Assembly (NCBI GenBank): GCA_016177265.1
Contig: JACOVP010000005.1
Location: forward strand, 1-41,390
DNA length: 41,390 nucleotides
Source of the DNA: Candidatus Woesearchaeota archaeon
Lineage (GTDB): Archaea > Nanobdellota > Nanobdellia > SCGC-AAA011-G17 > UBA489
Direction of reading: 5' to 3'
Every line of letters begins with the position of its first letter. Within the stretch, counting starts at the first letter, position 1. Made by a program: the position numbers and the translations under genes. This document shows, one piece after another, positions 9,079 to 18,476 of this stretch. Under the pieces are notes generated by a model. That model was given only the letters and a program-made list of their open reading frames with translations. It searched no databases and was not told the DNA's origin.

Positions 9079-9912
9079 ATGCTCGAAAAGAGGTCGTTCG
9101 ATTTTATCCCTATTCAAGAACAGGCACCAAAACCTCGTTCTAAAGGAGTTATAGAAATCCGAGGTTCCTATTACACGCCTGTTGGTTTCCATTACCTAAG
9201 TGACTTACTTGCAATAGCAGGAGAGTATGTTGACGGCTTCAAATTTGCTGGTGGTTCTCAGCGTTTACACCCAGTTTCTATGACAAAAAAAATTATCAGC
9301 CTCTGTCACGATCATGATGTCTATGTCTCGACTGGTGGTTTTATCGAACGAGTTATTGTAGAAGGAGCTCGTGCCGTTGATCAGTATTTAGAAGAATGTA
9401 AAAGTTTAGGCTTTGATGTCGTAGAAGTGTCTAGTGGTTTAGCTCCTATTCCGCTTCCAGATAAAATTGCCATCGTCAAAGAAGTGCATCGTCTTGGTCT
9501 AAAAGCCAAACCAGAAATCTCCTTCATGATTGGTGCTGGTGCAGGAACAAAAATTCTCAACTATAAACGAAAACTAAGACCTCTGAAGGAGGTCATCAAA
9601 GAAGCAGAAGCATTTCGTAAAGTTGGTGTATACATGCTTATGTTCGAGTCTGAAGGAGTGACTGAAGATTTACCGCCTAAACAATGGCGTACTGACTTGA
9701 TTAAAAATCTCGTGCAACACTTTGGTAGCAAGATATGGATGTTCGAAGCTGCCGAACCTCCAGTGTTCAAGTGGTATCTACAAACATTTGGTCCAGACGT
9801 CAATCTCTTTATTGATCACTCGCAAGTATTCGAATTCCAAGCATGGCGCTCCAAAGTCTGGGGAGACCCAAGGATCTGGCGAGGGAAAAAAATCTCTTAC
9901 AAACCTTCTTGA
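9079..9912 (+). CDS. comA: Phosphosulfolactate synthase (ComA) family protein
   Basis: The N-terminal KPRSKGV and FKFAGGS segments and the overall TIM-barrel-like pattern resemble the ComA family. A TATA-like box lies 25 nt upstream of the ATG. Confidence 0.7.
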   Translation: MLEKRSFDFIPIQEQAPKPRSKGVIEIRGSYYTPVGFHYLSDLLAIAGEYVDGFKFAGGSQRLHPVSMTKKIISLCHDHDVYVSTGGFIERVIVEGARAVDQYLEECKSLGFDVVEVSSGLAPIPLPDKIAIVKEVHRLGLKAKPEISFMIGAGAGTKILNYKRKLRPLKEVIKEAEAFRKVGVYMLMFESEGVTEDLPPKQWRTDLIKNLVQHFGSKIWMFEAAEPPVFKWYLQTFGPDVNLFIDHSQVFEFQAWRSKVWGDPRIWRGKKISYKPS

Positions 9913-9930
9913 TAAGAGCATGTCTTGACC

Positions 9931-10872
9931 ATGGCACGATCAAAAATTACCATAATGGGTGCAGGAAATGTAGGAAGAGAGGCAGCTGTATGGTGTGCTG
10001 TTAAAGAATTAGGAGATATAGTGCTCTGGAACAGAACAAAAGCAACTGCACTCGGTAGCGCATACGATATTATGGAAGCCGCTCCTATTATCGGTTTTGA
10101 TGCTGAGGTAAAAGGAACAAATAACATCAAGGACACTAAAAAATCAGACGTCATAGTTTTTACTGCAGGTGTTCCTCGAAAAGCAGGGCAAACGCGTGAA
10201 CAATTAGTCACAACCAATGCACAAGTTATTTATCCCTTAGTGAAAAAAGTAGCTCGACTATCCCCGCATGCTATTATCATCATGGTAACCAATCCCTTAG
10301 ATGCAATGACATATTTAGCCTATAAAGCAAGCAACTTTCCTAGTTCGAGAGTTCTTGGATTAGCTGGTGTTCTTGATAGCAGTAGATTTTCTTCCTTCGT
10401 TGCTAAAGCATTGAAAGTTTCTGTCAAAGAAGTCGAAGCATTAACACTGGGTAGTCATGGAGAATCTATGGTTCCGCTCTCGCGGTTCGCAACCGTTATT
10501 GGTATTCCAGTCAGTGATTTATTATCAGCAAAAAAACTAAAAAAAATCGAAGAACATACAAAAAAAGCGGGCGAAGAAATTGTACGGCTTCTAGGTACGA
10601 ATGCTTCTATCTCGACAGGTGCCGTGGCTGCAAAAATGGTGGAGGCAATCATCCATAATGAGAAAAGTCTTTTGCCTTGCTCTGCCTACCTCCATGGCCA
10701 GTATGGTATTCATGACTTATACCTTGGTGTCCCTATTATTCTTGGAGCGCAAGGTGTTGAACAGATTATCGAACTAAAGCTCACTGCCACTGAGCATACC
10801 AAGTTCCAAAAAGCTGCAGCAAGTATTCGCCAGCTAACATTGCTCGCAAAGAAAGCTATTCATAAAACATAA
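9931..10872 (+). CDS. mdh: Malate dehydrogenase (LDH-like family)
   Basis: It has the GAGNVG Rossmann loop, GVPRKAGQTR with the Arg typical of MDH specificity, VTNPLD and the catalytic GSHGESMVP. ATG 9931 is preferred over the track TTG at 9925. Confidence 0.85.
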   Translation: MARSKITIMGAGNVGREAAVWCAVKELGDIVLWNRTKATALGSAYDIMEAAPIIGFDAEVKGTNNIKDTKKSDVIVFTAGVPRKAGQTREQLVTTNAQVIYPLVKKVARLSPHAIIIMVTNPLDAMTYLAYKASNFPSSRVLGLAGVLDSSRFSSFVAKALKVSVKEVEALTLGSHGESMVPLSRFATVIGIPVSDLLSAKKLKKIEEHTKKAGEEIVRLLGTNASISTGAVAAKMVEAIIHNEKSLLPCSAYLHGQYGIHDLYLGVPIILGAQGVEQIIELKLTATEHTKFQKAAASIRQLTLLAKKAIHKT

Positions 10873-10876
10873 GAAA

Positions 10877-12634
10877 TTATTCCAACAGGTGAACAGCTGC
10901 TGTATTTCTTCGTAAGAAAGGTCTAATCTCATTTGGTACGGAAGGCACAGGTCGTGTCGCTATTCTGAATCCTTTCTGCATCGGTATACAAAGAATGTTT
11001 TTCTTCCATCGCGCTAACAGAGTTGGAAAATCTGAGCGATAATGCGCCCCCCGACTTTCCTTTCGATGCAATGCACTCCTAATAATCATCTCACAGGTAG
11101 GTAACATGTTAGCAACGTCCAATGCCGCAATCAGCTGCTCATTCATCTTGAGAGAACCACCACTTTTCAAAGGCATTTTTTTGAAACGTTCTAGTAAACG
11201 CAATGCTTGTTTCATAGTCTTCCCGTCGCGAACAACGCCAACATGATCCCACATCACCTGCATCAGTTCTTTCTTGATATGCACGGGATTTTTTCCTCGT
11301 TTAATCTGAAGTTTAGTTTTAAATTTAGCAATCTGCGTTGCCAAAGAGAGTTTATTCAGAGGAATCCAAGAAAGTTGTTTCACGCACTTCGCAATCGTTG
11401 CTCCAGTCAACCGTCCAAAAACAATAATCTCCGCTAGACTATTCCCTCCCAACCGATTTGCACCATGAACTCCTGAAGTCACTTCACCAATTGCATACAA
11501 ACGGTTGACACTTGTCTCCCCAGTTTTATGATTAACCCATACACCGCCCATAGAATAATGTGCTGTTGGTCCAACTTCCATATGTTCCCTAGAGATATCA
11601 ATACCTAAAAAGTGTTGAAACTGTGCGTACATCTTAGGGAGTCGCTGCAGAATATACTCCTTTGGTTTATGCGTTATATCCAGCCATACTCCTCCATGTT
11701 TTGTTCCTCTGCCAGCTTGTACTTCATGGTAGATGGCTCGTGCAACTATATCACGTGCAGATAATTCCAGTCGTTCGGGATCATAGCGTCGCATGAATCG
11801 TTCTCCTTTGCTATTCAAGAGAATACCACCTTCACCACGTACTGCTTCTGTTACTAAAACACCTTCTGCTTCCTTCGGATATAACATTCCCGTAGGATGA
11901 AATTGAAACATTTCCATATCCATAAACTTCGCACCGCAAGCATAAGCCAATGCAATCCCATCGCCAGTATTCTCCCAAAATCTTGAAGAACTTCTACTAA
12001 ACATTCTTGAATGGCCACCCGTTACTAAAACTACAATTTTTGCATGAAAAACAATAAACTTCCCACGCCTGACATCTAATCCTACAGCACCATAAACCCT
12101 GCCTCTATCTTGCAACAAAGAAAAAATATAAATTTCACTCTTAAACCGTATGTTCCTTTTTGCAACCTGATCTACTAAAGTATTAAGAATTTCTCTTCCT
12201 GTATGATCACCTATAAAACAAGCCCTTCTATACGTAGCAGCACCAAAAAAGCGTTGTGTTATTCTTCCATCTTGCTCTCGATGAAAGTGTGCCCCCCAAC
12301 TCACTAACTCCTGAATAGCTCGCGGAGCATGTTTGCACAAGGTAACTACAGCATACGGATCATTAATCTGTCCGCCGTCTCTAAGAGTGTCTGCTGCATG
12401 CAACTGCCAGCTATCCTGAGGATCCATTGTTCCTAAAGCAGCATTAATGCCGCCAGTAGCTAAAATAGTATGTGCATCTCTTTTCTTGCATTTACCAACT
12501 ACAAGAACATCTACGTTATGATCAAACAATTCTAGAGCACATCTTAGACCTGCACCACCTGATCCAATAATGAGAACATCCGCTTGTTCTACCTTAATAA
12601 TGATCACCTCCAGAATAGAATAAATAGAGGGCAT
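10877..12634 (-). CDS. sdhA: Succinate dehydrogenase/fumarate reductase flavoprotein-like subunit (FAD-binding)
   Basis: It contains DVLIIGSGGAG, HPTG, HYSMGG and ESRGAHYRSDFP. The start is ambiguous: ATG 12634, GTG 12607 or TTG 12664. No Fe-S or membrane subunit gene is adjacent. Confidence 0.8.
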   Translation of the reverse strand: MPSIYSILEVIIIKVEQADVLIIGSGGAGLRCALELFDHNVDVLVVGKCKKRDAHTILATGGINAALGTMDPQDSWQLHAADTLRDGGQINDPYAVVTLCKHAPRAIQELVSWGAHFHREQDGRITQRFFGAATYRRACFIGDHTGREILNTLVDQVAKRNIRFKSEIYIFSLLQDRGRVYGAVGLDVRRGKFIVFHAKIVVLVTGGHSRMFSRSSSRFWENTGDGIALAYACGAKFMDMEMFQFHPTGMLYPKEAEGVLVTEAVRGEGGILLNSKGERFMRRYDPERLELSARDIVARAIYHEVQAGRGTKHGGVWLDITHKPKEYILQRLPKMYAQFQHFLGIDISREHMEVGPTAHYSMGGVWVNHKTGETSVNRLYAIGEVTSGVHGANRLGGNSLAEIIVFGRLTGATIAKCVKQLSWIPLNKLSLATQIAKFKTKLQIKRGKNPVHIKKELMQVMWDHVGVVRDGKTMKQALRLLERFKKMPLKSGGSLKMNEQLIAALDVANMLPTCEMIIRSALHRKESRGAHYRSDFPTLLARWKKNILCIPMQKGFRIATRPVPSVPNEIRPFLRRNTAAVHLLE

Positions 12635-12652
12635 ATAAAGATTACCGAAAAG

Positions 12653-12661
12653 CTTATATAA
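12653..12661 (+). promoter_or_regulatory. TATA-like box for the 12683 gene (possibly bidirectional)
   Basis: CTTATATAA lies about 26 nt upstream of ATG 12683. It is also about 23 nt from the minus-strand ATG 12634. Confidence 0.4.
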
Positions 12662-12682
12662 CAACTACTGTATAGTAATAAT

Positions 12683-13675
12683 ATGAGTAAACTATTATCC
12701 TTATTAGATGCATGTAAAGAACTAAAGGCAGAATATGGTATCGGCACTAAAGATGCGTATCAATATCTCAAAATAAGAAATACCTATAGAGGACTACGAG
12801 ATGAGGTTGCAAAAGAATTAGCAAAACAAAAGATTCAATATCATCCTACTGAGCGCAAAGTTTCTAATGTCTGTTCTAAGATAAATGCAGATCTAAAAAC
12901 TATATTTCGGGATATTCTAGATGAAGATGTCGATGTGAAGCAGTATACAGATCACTTGCAATCTATAATAAGTAAAGAAGATAAGCAGCTATGTATTCCC
13001 TATAAAGAAATTCTCATAAAGTACTGCGCCTATGCCATGACAGAAGCTCCAGATCAAGCTTATCGCCATATGGTAAAAGATTTATTAAAAAACCATCAAT
13101 TTTTAGACGAAAGTGGACTCATTTTTTTCTCAATAACATTAAATAATATAAGAGATTTACCATCTTTAGAAAATTTAATAAAAGAAGATATGAGAATTAG
13201 AGAAAACCATCTTAATGAGATGCAACAATTGCTTGGAATGAAAGATGGACCTCGTGAAAAATATCTTGAATTTTTAGAATGGATAAATGAAGGGCAGGAA
13301 GTAATATGGTATGGAACTTTTGATCCTACAGGTATAACATTAGAAGAACAAGCTTATCTCTTTCAACTAGGATGTGGTATTGATTCATCAGAAAAAAGTC
13401 CTTATGAGAGAGCACTTCAGGAGAAGACCTTAAGGAAATTAGAGACAGAACGAAGAATTGCTCTTCAAGAGATGATACTTTATAAACATACAAATGTCGA
13501 AAATGCCATCAAAGATGTCGATAAAATGATCAGTAATGGAGTTCAAGACCTACCTAAATATCAAGAGTTTCCTGATCTTCAAAGCAGACTTAAGTTTAGT
13601 ATTAATAGATTTCGTTATCTTTCTCAGGCTATTAAGAAAAATAGAAAGTGGCTTGAAACCGTACTCAGTAGATAA
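12683..13675 (+). CDS. Hypothetical protein (helical, Lys/Glu-rich)
   Basis: The clean 330 aa ORF has a TATA-like box (12653-12661) about 26 nt upstream of the ATG. I recognise no motifs. Confidence 0.6.
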   Translation: MSKLLSLLDACKELKAEYGIGTKDAYQYLKIRNTYRGLRDEVAKELAKQKIQYHPTERKVSNVCSKINADLKTIFRDILDEDVDVKQYTDHLQSIISKEDKQLCIPYKEILIKYCAYAMTEAPDQAYRHMVKDLLKNHQFLDESGLIFFSITLNNIRDLPSLENLIKEDMRIRENHLNEMQQLLGMKDGPREKYLEFLEWINEGQEVIWYGTFDPTGITLEEQAYLFQLGCGIDSSEKSPYERALQEKTLRKLETERRIALQEMILYKHTNVENAIKDVDKMISNGVQDLPKYQEFPDLQSRLKFSINRFRYLSQAIKKNRKWLETVLSR

Positions 13676-13706
13676 CAGAGGTTATAACAAATATTTTCTT
13701 GTTGAA

Positions 13707-14384
13707 TTACTTAATAGGTAAACATATAAAGTGTTTTTGAGACTTACAAAGTACTTCTATGTTTCTACCTACATACAAAGTATCCTCAATCCGAATCCCC
13801 ACTTCTTTTCCTTGTTTCTTGAAGTAAATCCCTGGTTCAATCGTAAGAAAATCCCCTTCCTTAAGCACATCTGCTGACGTCACACTTACCAGAGGTTTAT
13901 CATGAATCTTCTTGCTGACACCATGACCTAGTGCATGCTTGAAATAAGGCTTATAGTCTTCCAACAAAGTTCTAGCATAAAGATCCAGATCGCATCCTAG
14001 CATCCCTGTTTTTACATGCCTTATACTTTTTTGTTGACAAGATCTAATAAGATCATAAAGTTGCTTTTCTTCCTTCGTTGCTTTTCCTAAGAAAAGAGTT
14101 CTTGTCATATCAGAACAGTAGCCATTGACTTTAGCACCAAAATCTAAGATCAAAAAACCATGCTGGAATCTTTTCTTTCTTGGCTTTGGATGAATGTTCA
14201 TACAATTATTAGCTACAATAGAGGGATAGGCTGGTTTTACACCAAAGTCACGAAACCTCTTCCGAATATACAAAGCTACCTCCTGTTCTGTTCTAAAGGT
14301 AAAATGCTTGACTATCTCACTAAAAATACGATCATTAATGGCACAGGCCTGCTTAAGAGAAGTATATTTATCCCTCTTTATCAT
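13707..14384 (-). CDS. M24-family metallopeptidase (Xaa-Pro/methionine aminopeptidase fold, catalytic domain only)
   Basis: The metal-ligand pattern is present: LDFGAKVNGYCSDMTRT, HALGHGV, TIEPGIY and IRIEDT. ATG 14384 has a TATA-like box 27 nt upstream. The track start at 14396 is TTG. Confidence 0.8.
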   Translation of the reverse strand: MIKRDKYTSLKQACAINDRIFSEIVKHFTFRTEQEVALYIRKRFRDFGVKPAYPSIVANNCMNIHPKPRKKRFQHGFLILDFGAKVNGYCSDMTRTLFLGKATKEEKQLYDLIRSCQQKSIRHVKTGMLGCDLDLYARTLLEDYKPYFKHALGHGVSKKIHDKPLVSVTSADVLKEGDFLTIEPGIYFKKQGKEVGIRIEDTLYVGRNIEVLCKSQKHFICLPIK

Positions 14385-14405
14385 AGAAAGTGTCAAGAAT
14401 GTCTT

Positions 14406-14415
14406 CTATATAAAA
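14406..14415 (-). promoter_or_regulatory. TATA-like box for the M24 peptidase gene
   Basis: TTTTATATAG on the minus strand lies about 27 nt upstream of ATG 14384. Confidence 0.4.
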
Positions 14416-14464
14416 GTAGCGAGGAGCCAGAAAACATTTAAAGGAGCTAAGTAAGGGAATAAGT

Positions 14465-15862
14465 ATGAAAAAAAGAGGTTACCGTAGAGAAAAAGATGAC
14501 CTCGGCGCTAAGAAAGTTCCAAAAGAGGCATACTATGGTGTTCAAACGAAAAGAGCGTTAGATAATTTCCCCATCAGCGGCCTCCATCTGCAGAAACAAC
14601 TCATCTATGCTATGACTATAATCAAAAAAGCTGCCGCTCTTACAAATCTCAAGGAAAAACGTCTCGATGCAAAAATCGCTAAAGCGATTAGTAGAGCATG
14701 TGATGATATCCTTAAAAGAAAATTAGATAACCAATTTCCAGTCGACGTCTTCCAAGCTGGCGCTGGAACTTCAGAAAATATGAACGTCAACGAGGTCATT
14801 GCTAATCGTGCTCTAGAACTACTGCACAAGAAGAAAGGTTCCTACAACATTATTCATCCGAACGATCATGTCAATTTAGCGCAATCAACCAATGATGTCT
14901 TCCATTCTGCTATCCACATTGCAGCCTATCTCCAAATCCAGAAAGAACTCCTTCCTCATCTTCTGCATTTAGAGAAAGCACTAGACCATAAAGCAAAACA
15001 ATGGAAAAGAATCATCAAGACAGGAAGAACACATTTGCGTGATGCAGTTCCCATGACGCTTGGCCAAGAGTTTAGTGGCTATGCAGCTGTCATTAAAAAT
15101 GATCGACGTCATGTTACAGAAGATGCAGAAGTGCTCCGTGCACTTAATATAGGAGGAACAGCTATTGGTACTGCCATTGATACGTCTCCGCACTATAGAC
15201 AATATGTACTAAAAGAAATTACTAAGCAGACAAAATACAAGTTTAAACCAGCAAATAATCTCTTCGAAGGAACTGCTAGTATAGCTGCTATTGCTACTAC
15301 CCATGCTGCTCTCAAAGTGTTGGCAGAAAATCTAATTAAGATAGCTAATGATCTTCGTTTGCTAAGTTCTGGTCCCCTTGGCGGTCTTAACGAAATCATA
15401 TTACCCGCAGTCCAACCAGGTTCTTCGATCATGCCTGGAAAAGTTAACCCTGCTGTAGCAGAAATGGTAGATATGGTCGGTTTTCAAGTTATCGGTAATG
15501 ACACAACCATTGCTATGTGTGCACAAGCAGGTCAATTAGAATTAAACGTCATGATGCCCCTAGCTGCTTATGCATTACTCAATTCCATTGATATTTTAGC
15601 AAATGGCATCCATATTTTTACAGAGAAATGTGTCAAAGGCATCAAAGCCAACGAAAAAAAATGTCGTGAATATGTAGAAAAGAATCCTATTATAGTTACA
15701 GCATTAACACCCTATATTGGCTACCAAAAAGCAGCAAAACTAGCGCAACGTGCTTACCAAGAAGAACGTAGTATCAAAGAACTTATTCTTGAAGAAAAAC
15801 TCCTAGATAAAAAGACTGTAGAACAACTACTGAATCCAAAAGCACTCATCAAAAAAACATGA
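14465..15862 (+). CDS. Class II fumarase / aspartate ammonia-lyase family enzyme
   Basis: It carries the signature GSSIMPGKVNP, GAGTSENMNVNEV and an N-terminal REKDDLG...AYYGVQT. I cannot separate fumarase from aspartase by eye. Confidence 0.85.
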   Translation: MKKRGYRREKDDLGAKKVPKEAYYGVQTKRALDNFPISGLHLQKQLIYAMTIIKKAAALTNLKEKRLDAKIAKAISRACDDILKRKLDNQFPVDVFQAGAGTSENMNVNEVIANRALELLHKKKGSYNIIHPNDHVNLAQSTNDVFHSAIHIAAYLQIQKELLPHLLHLEKALDHKAKQWKRIIKTGRTHLRDAVPMTLGQEFSGYAAVIKNDRRHVTEDAEVLRALNIGGTAIGTAIDTSPHYRQYVLKEITKQTKYKFKPANNLFEGTASIAAIATTHAALKVLAENLIKIANDLRLLSSGPLGGLNEIILPAVQPGSSIMPGKVNPAVAEMVDMVGFQVIGNDTTIAMCAQAGQLELNVMMPLAAYALLNSIDILANGIHIFTEKCVKGIKANEKKCREYVEKNPIIVTALTPYIGYQKAAKLAQRAYQEERSIKELILEEKLLDKKTVEQLLNPKALIKKT

Positions 15863-17160
15863 AATTCATCTGCCACCCACCAAGTTCCCAATCCAGGAAG
15901 ATTATTGCCCGTGATAGTAAAGTTATTTCTTCTTCTTATAGCCGTGAATTTGACTTCGTCTTTGATCATGCGAAAGGATGCCATATCTGGGACGTTGACG
16001 GAAAAAAATACTTAGACTTTGCAGCCGGCATCGCCGTTGCGAATATTGGTCATGCGCACCCTGCTGTCATCCACGCAATCAAAAAACAGATTGAAAAAGG
16101 ATCTCATGCTGCTTTCGGTGACTTTTATGCTGAACTCCCAGTACGTTTTGTAGAAAAATTGTTGACCTTTGTCCCGCCACATTTAAACAACGCTTTCCTT
16201 TCTAATTCTGGTACAGAAGCTGTCGAAGCAGCCTATAAATGTGCACGCTGGCATACGAACAAAAAATGGTTCATCGCTTTCGAACATGCCTTCCACGGTA
16301 GAACTATGGGTTCCCTCTCTTTGACGAAATCTAAACCCTCTCATCGAGAACGTTACGATCCTTTCTTACCTGTTGTTCATGTTCCCTTCCCGTATGTCTA
16401 TCGGATGCCTTTTTCCTCAGAAGATGAATGTGTGCAATATTGTCTCAATAAAATTGAAATTGCTATGAAAAAACACCACGGTGATATTGCAGGCTTGATG
16501 GTAGAGCCCATCCAAGGTGAAGGCGGTTATATTGTTCCTCCAGATAATTTCCATCGCGAAGTCAAAAAACTCTGTGAACGCTATAATGTCTTGTACTGCG
16601 CAGATGAAGTGCAATCTGGTTGTTTTCGGACAGGAACGTTTTTAGCATCTGAACAATTTAATGTCAAACCAGACCTAATTTCCTTGAGTAAAGCTATTGG
16701 TGGCGGTATTCCTATGGGCGTTACCCTTGCTAATAAAAAAACCATGGACTGGATACCTGGGAGTCATTCCAATACCTTCGGAGGAAATTTAATTGCCTGT
16801 GCTGCTGGTCTTGCTTCCTTAGATGTCATGAGGAAACAGAAGCTCGGGGAAAATGCCAAGAAACAGGGAAAACTGATGCTCAAAATCTTACAAGAAATGC
16901 AAGAAAGACATGAATACATTGGTGATGTCCGTGGTCGAGGTTTGATGATAGGTGTAGAAATTGTCAAAGACAAACACTCAAAACTAGCAGATGAAGAAAG
17001 AATGCAACACATCCTCTGTCATGCTGCTGCAGAAGGGCTTCTCTTATTAGGTGCTGGCCAGAGTGTCATCCGCATTTGTCCACCATTAACTTTAAATAGA
17101 GAACAGGTAGTAAATGGTTTAGTAATCTTAGAAGATGCCATCAAAACGGTGAAGCCATGA
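15859..17160 (+). CDS. Class III PLP-dependent aminotransferase (acetylornithine/GABA aminotransferase-like)
   Basis: It contains SNSGTEAVE, DEVQSGCFRTG and the PLP-lysine region SLSKAIGGG. An ATGA overlap links it to the upstream gene. Confidence 0.85.
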   Translation: MKFICHPPSSQSRKIIARDSKVISSSYSREFDFVFDHAKGCHIWDVDGKKYLDFAAGIAVANIGHAHPAVIHAIKKQIEKGSHAAFGDFYAELPVRFVEKLLTFVPPHLNNAFLSNSGTEAVEAAYKCARWHTNKKWFIAFEHAFHGRTMGSLSLTKSKPSHRERYDPFLPVVHVPFPYVYRMPFSSEDECVQYCLNKIEIAMKKHHGDIAGLMVEPIQGEGGYIVPPDNFHREVKKLCERYNVLYCADEVQSGCFRTGTFLASEQFNVKPDLISLSKAIGGGIPMGVTLANKKTMDWIPGSHSNTFGGNLIACAAGLASLDVMRKQKLGENAKKQGKLMLKILQEMQERHEYIGDVRGRGLMIGVEIVKDKHSKLADEERMQHILCHAAAEGLLLLGAGQSVIRICPPLTLNREQVVNGLVILEDAIKTVKP

Positions 17161-17744
17161 ATGCAAAATTGGTCATTATTCTTTTAGCATCCATAGTGAT
17201 TATAACTGCCTGTGCAGAACAATTCCAGCAACAACCATTCAGAGAATCCAAAAGGCAACTAACTCAACAACAAACTCCTAGTCCGCAAGCACAAGCAACA
17301 CCAACAGAAACAACAGCGATTGAAGGAGAAAAACCAGTAGTAACGCAACAAACTCCAACAGCAAAACAAGAACTACAAACGCCACAACAGAAGAAGACTG
17401 AAGCTGAATGTAAAAAGCAATGGGAAGTAGTAGCAGAAGCAAAAAATAGTTTCATATCCATAGAGAAAGGCTTAGTTGAGATCTTCTTCAGAGAAGGAAC
17501 AACCTTGGAGGAGGCAAAAGAAATTCTCAATGACTACCAGCTCCAGTTTAAAGAAGTAAAAGTTGTATTCCCCACCAAGGAACCACAGGCAATAGACAAA
17601 CTCTTCTCTTCCTATCGCAGAATCATAGCAGAAGTGCAACCAGGAAAAGAACTAGACAAGGGCTGTAAAACATTGCAAGAAGAAAGCGTTGAATCCGTTG
17701 CACCAGTCATCAAGATAGATATCAACGCTCTTGCAAAGAAATAA
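17157..17744 (+). CDS. Putative lipobox-containing secreted protein with a Gln/Thr/Pro-rich linker
   Basis: An N-terminal hydrophobic segment ends in ITAC (lipobox-like). A low-complexity QQQTPSPQAQATPTE linker follows. An ATGA overlap links it to the upstream gene. Confidence 0.6.
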   Translation: MNAKLVIILLASIVIITACAEQFQQQPFRESKRQLTQQQTPSPQAQATPTETTAIEGEKPVVTQQTPTAKQELQTPQQKKTEAECKKQWEVVAEAKNSFISIEKGLVEIFFREGTTLEEAKEILNDYQLQFKEVKVVFPTKEPQAIDKLFSSYRRIIAEVQPGKELDKGCKTLQEESVESVAPVIKIDINALAKK

Positions 17745-18469
17745 TGAGATTTATATACCTCCTCATCTTGCTGGTTCTCGTAGTTTCGGGTTGTTCAGGG
17801 GGTACACCGGAACAGATGCCAGAAGCAACAACGAAAGAAGTGAAGATTACTACAGAAGATCAAGTTGTCCTAGCTGCTACTCTTTATGAAACTATCAGTG
17901 AAAAAGCTGTCATCCTGCTCCACATGCTCGGCAATAATCGGCAGAGCTGGAAAGAACTTGCTCCCCTTTTGCAAAAGAATGGCTACAATGTGCTTGCTCT
18001 CGATCTCAGAGGTCATGGTCAAAGCCTAGAAAAGAATAAACAGAAAATCAGCTACATCAATTTTGCAGAACCAGACTTCCAGGATATGCTCAAAGACATC
18101 AAAGCAGCCAAGGAATTTCTCCAGAAACAAGGAGCATCGGAGATAAGTATTGTAGGTGCTTCCATCGGTGCAAATCTTGCTATTATCTATGCTGCGCAGG
18201 ACAAAGACATCCAGAAAATAGTTGCCCTTTCCCCAGGATTAAATTTTAAAGGACTCAAACCACAGGAACCAGCAAAGAAACTTACTATACCTATTTTCCT
18301 AGTGGCAGCAGAAGATGATCAATACTCAGCCATGTCATCCAGAACTTTAGAAGCAGTTATTCATAGTGACAAAGAACTCAAAATCTATCCAAAAGCAGAC
18401 CATGGAACAAGAATGTTTAATTATCAGCCAGAACTAAAAGAGTTCATAGTGAAGTTTCTAGAAAAATGA
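17744..18469 (+). CDS. Alpha/beta hydrolase with lipobox-like signal peptide
   Basis: The signal ends in VSGCSGG. It has the nucleophile elbow GASIGAN, an HG-type oxyanion region LDLRGHG and a C-terminal DHG. A TAATG overlap links it to the upstream gene. Confidence 0.75.
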   Translation: MRFIYLLILLVLVVSGCSGGTPEQMPEATTKEVKITTEDQVVLAATLYETISEKAVILLHMLGNNRQSWKELAPLLQKNGYNVLALDLRGHGQSLEKNKQKISYINFAEPDFQDMLKDIKAAKEFLQKQGASEISIVGASIGANLAIIYAAQDKDIQKIVALSPGLNFKGLKPQEPAKKLTIPIFLVAAEDDQYSAMSSRTLEAVIHSDKELKIYPKADHGTRMFNYQPELKEFIVKFLEK

Positions 18470-18476
18470 AAGCACG

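Noticed and set aside
9043-9192. The ORF track gives a 50-codon N-terminal extension of citrate synthase.
   Set aside because: The extension would overlap the divergent comA-like gene and its promoter. ATG 9042 gives a normal-length citrate synthase with a TATA-like box at the standard distance.
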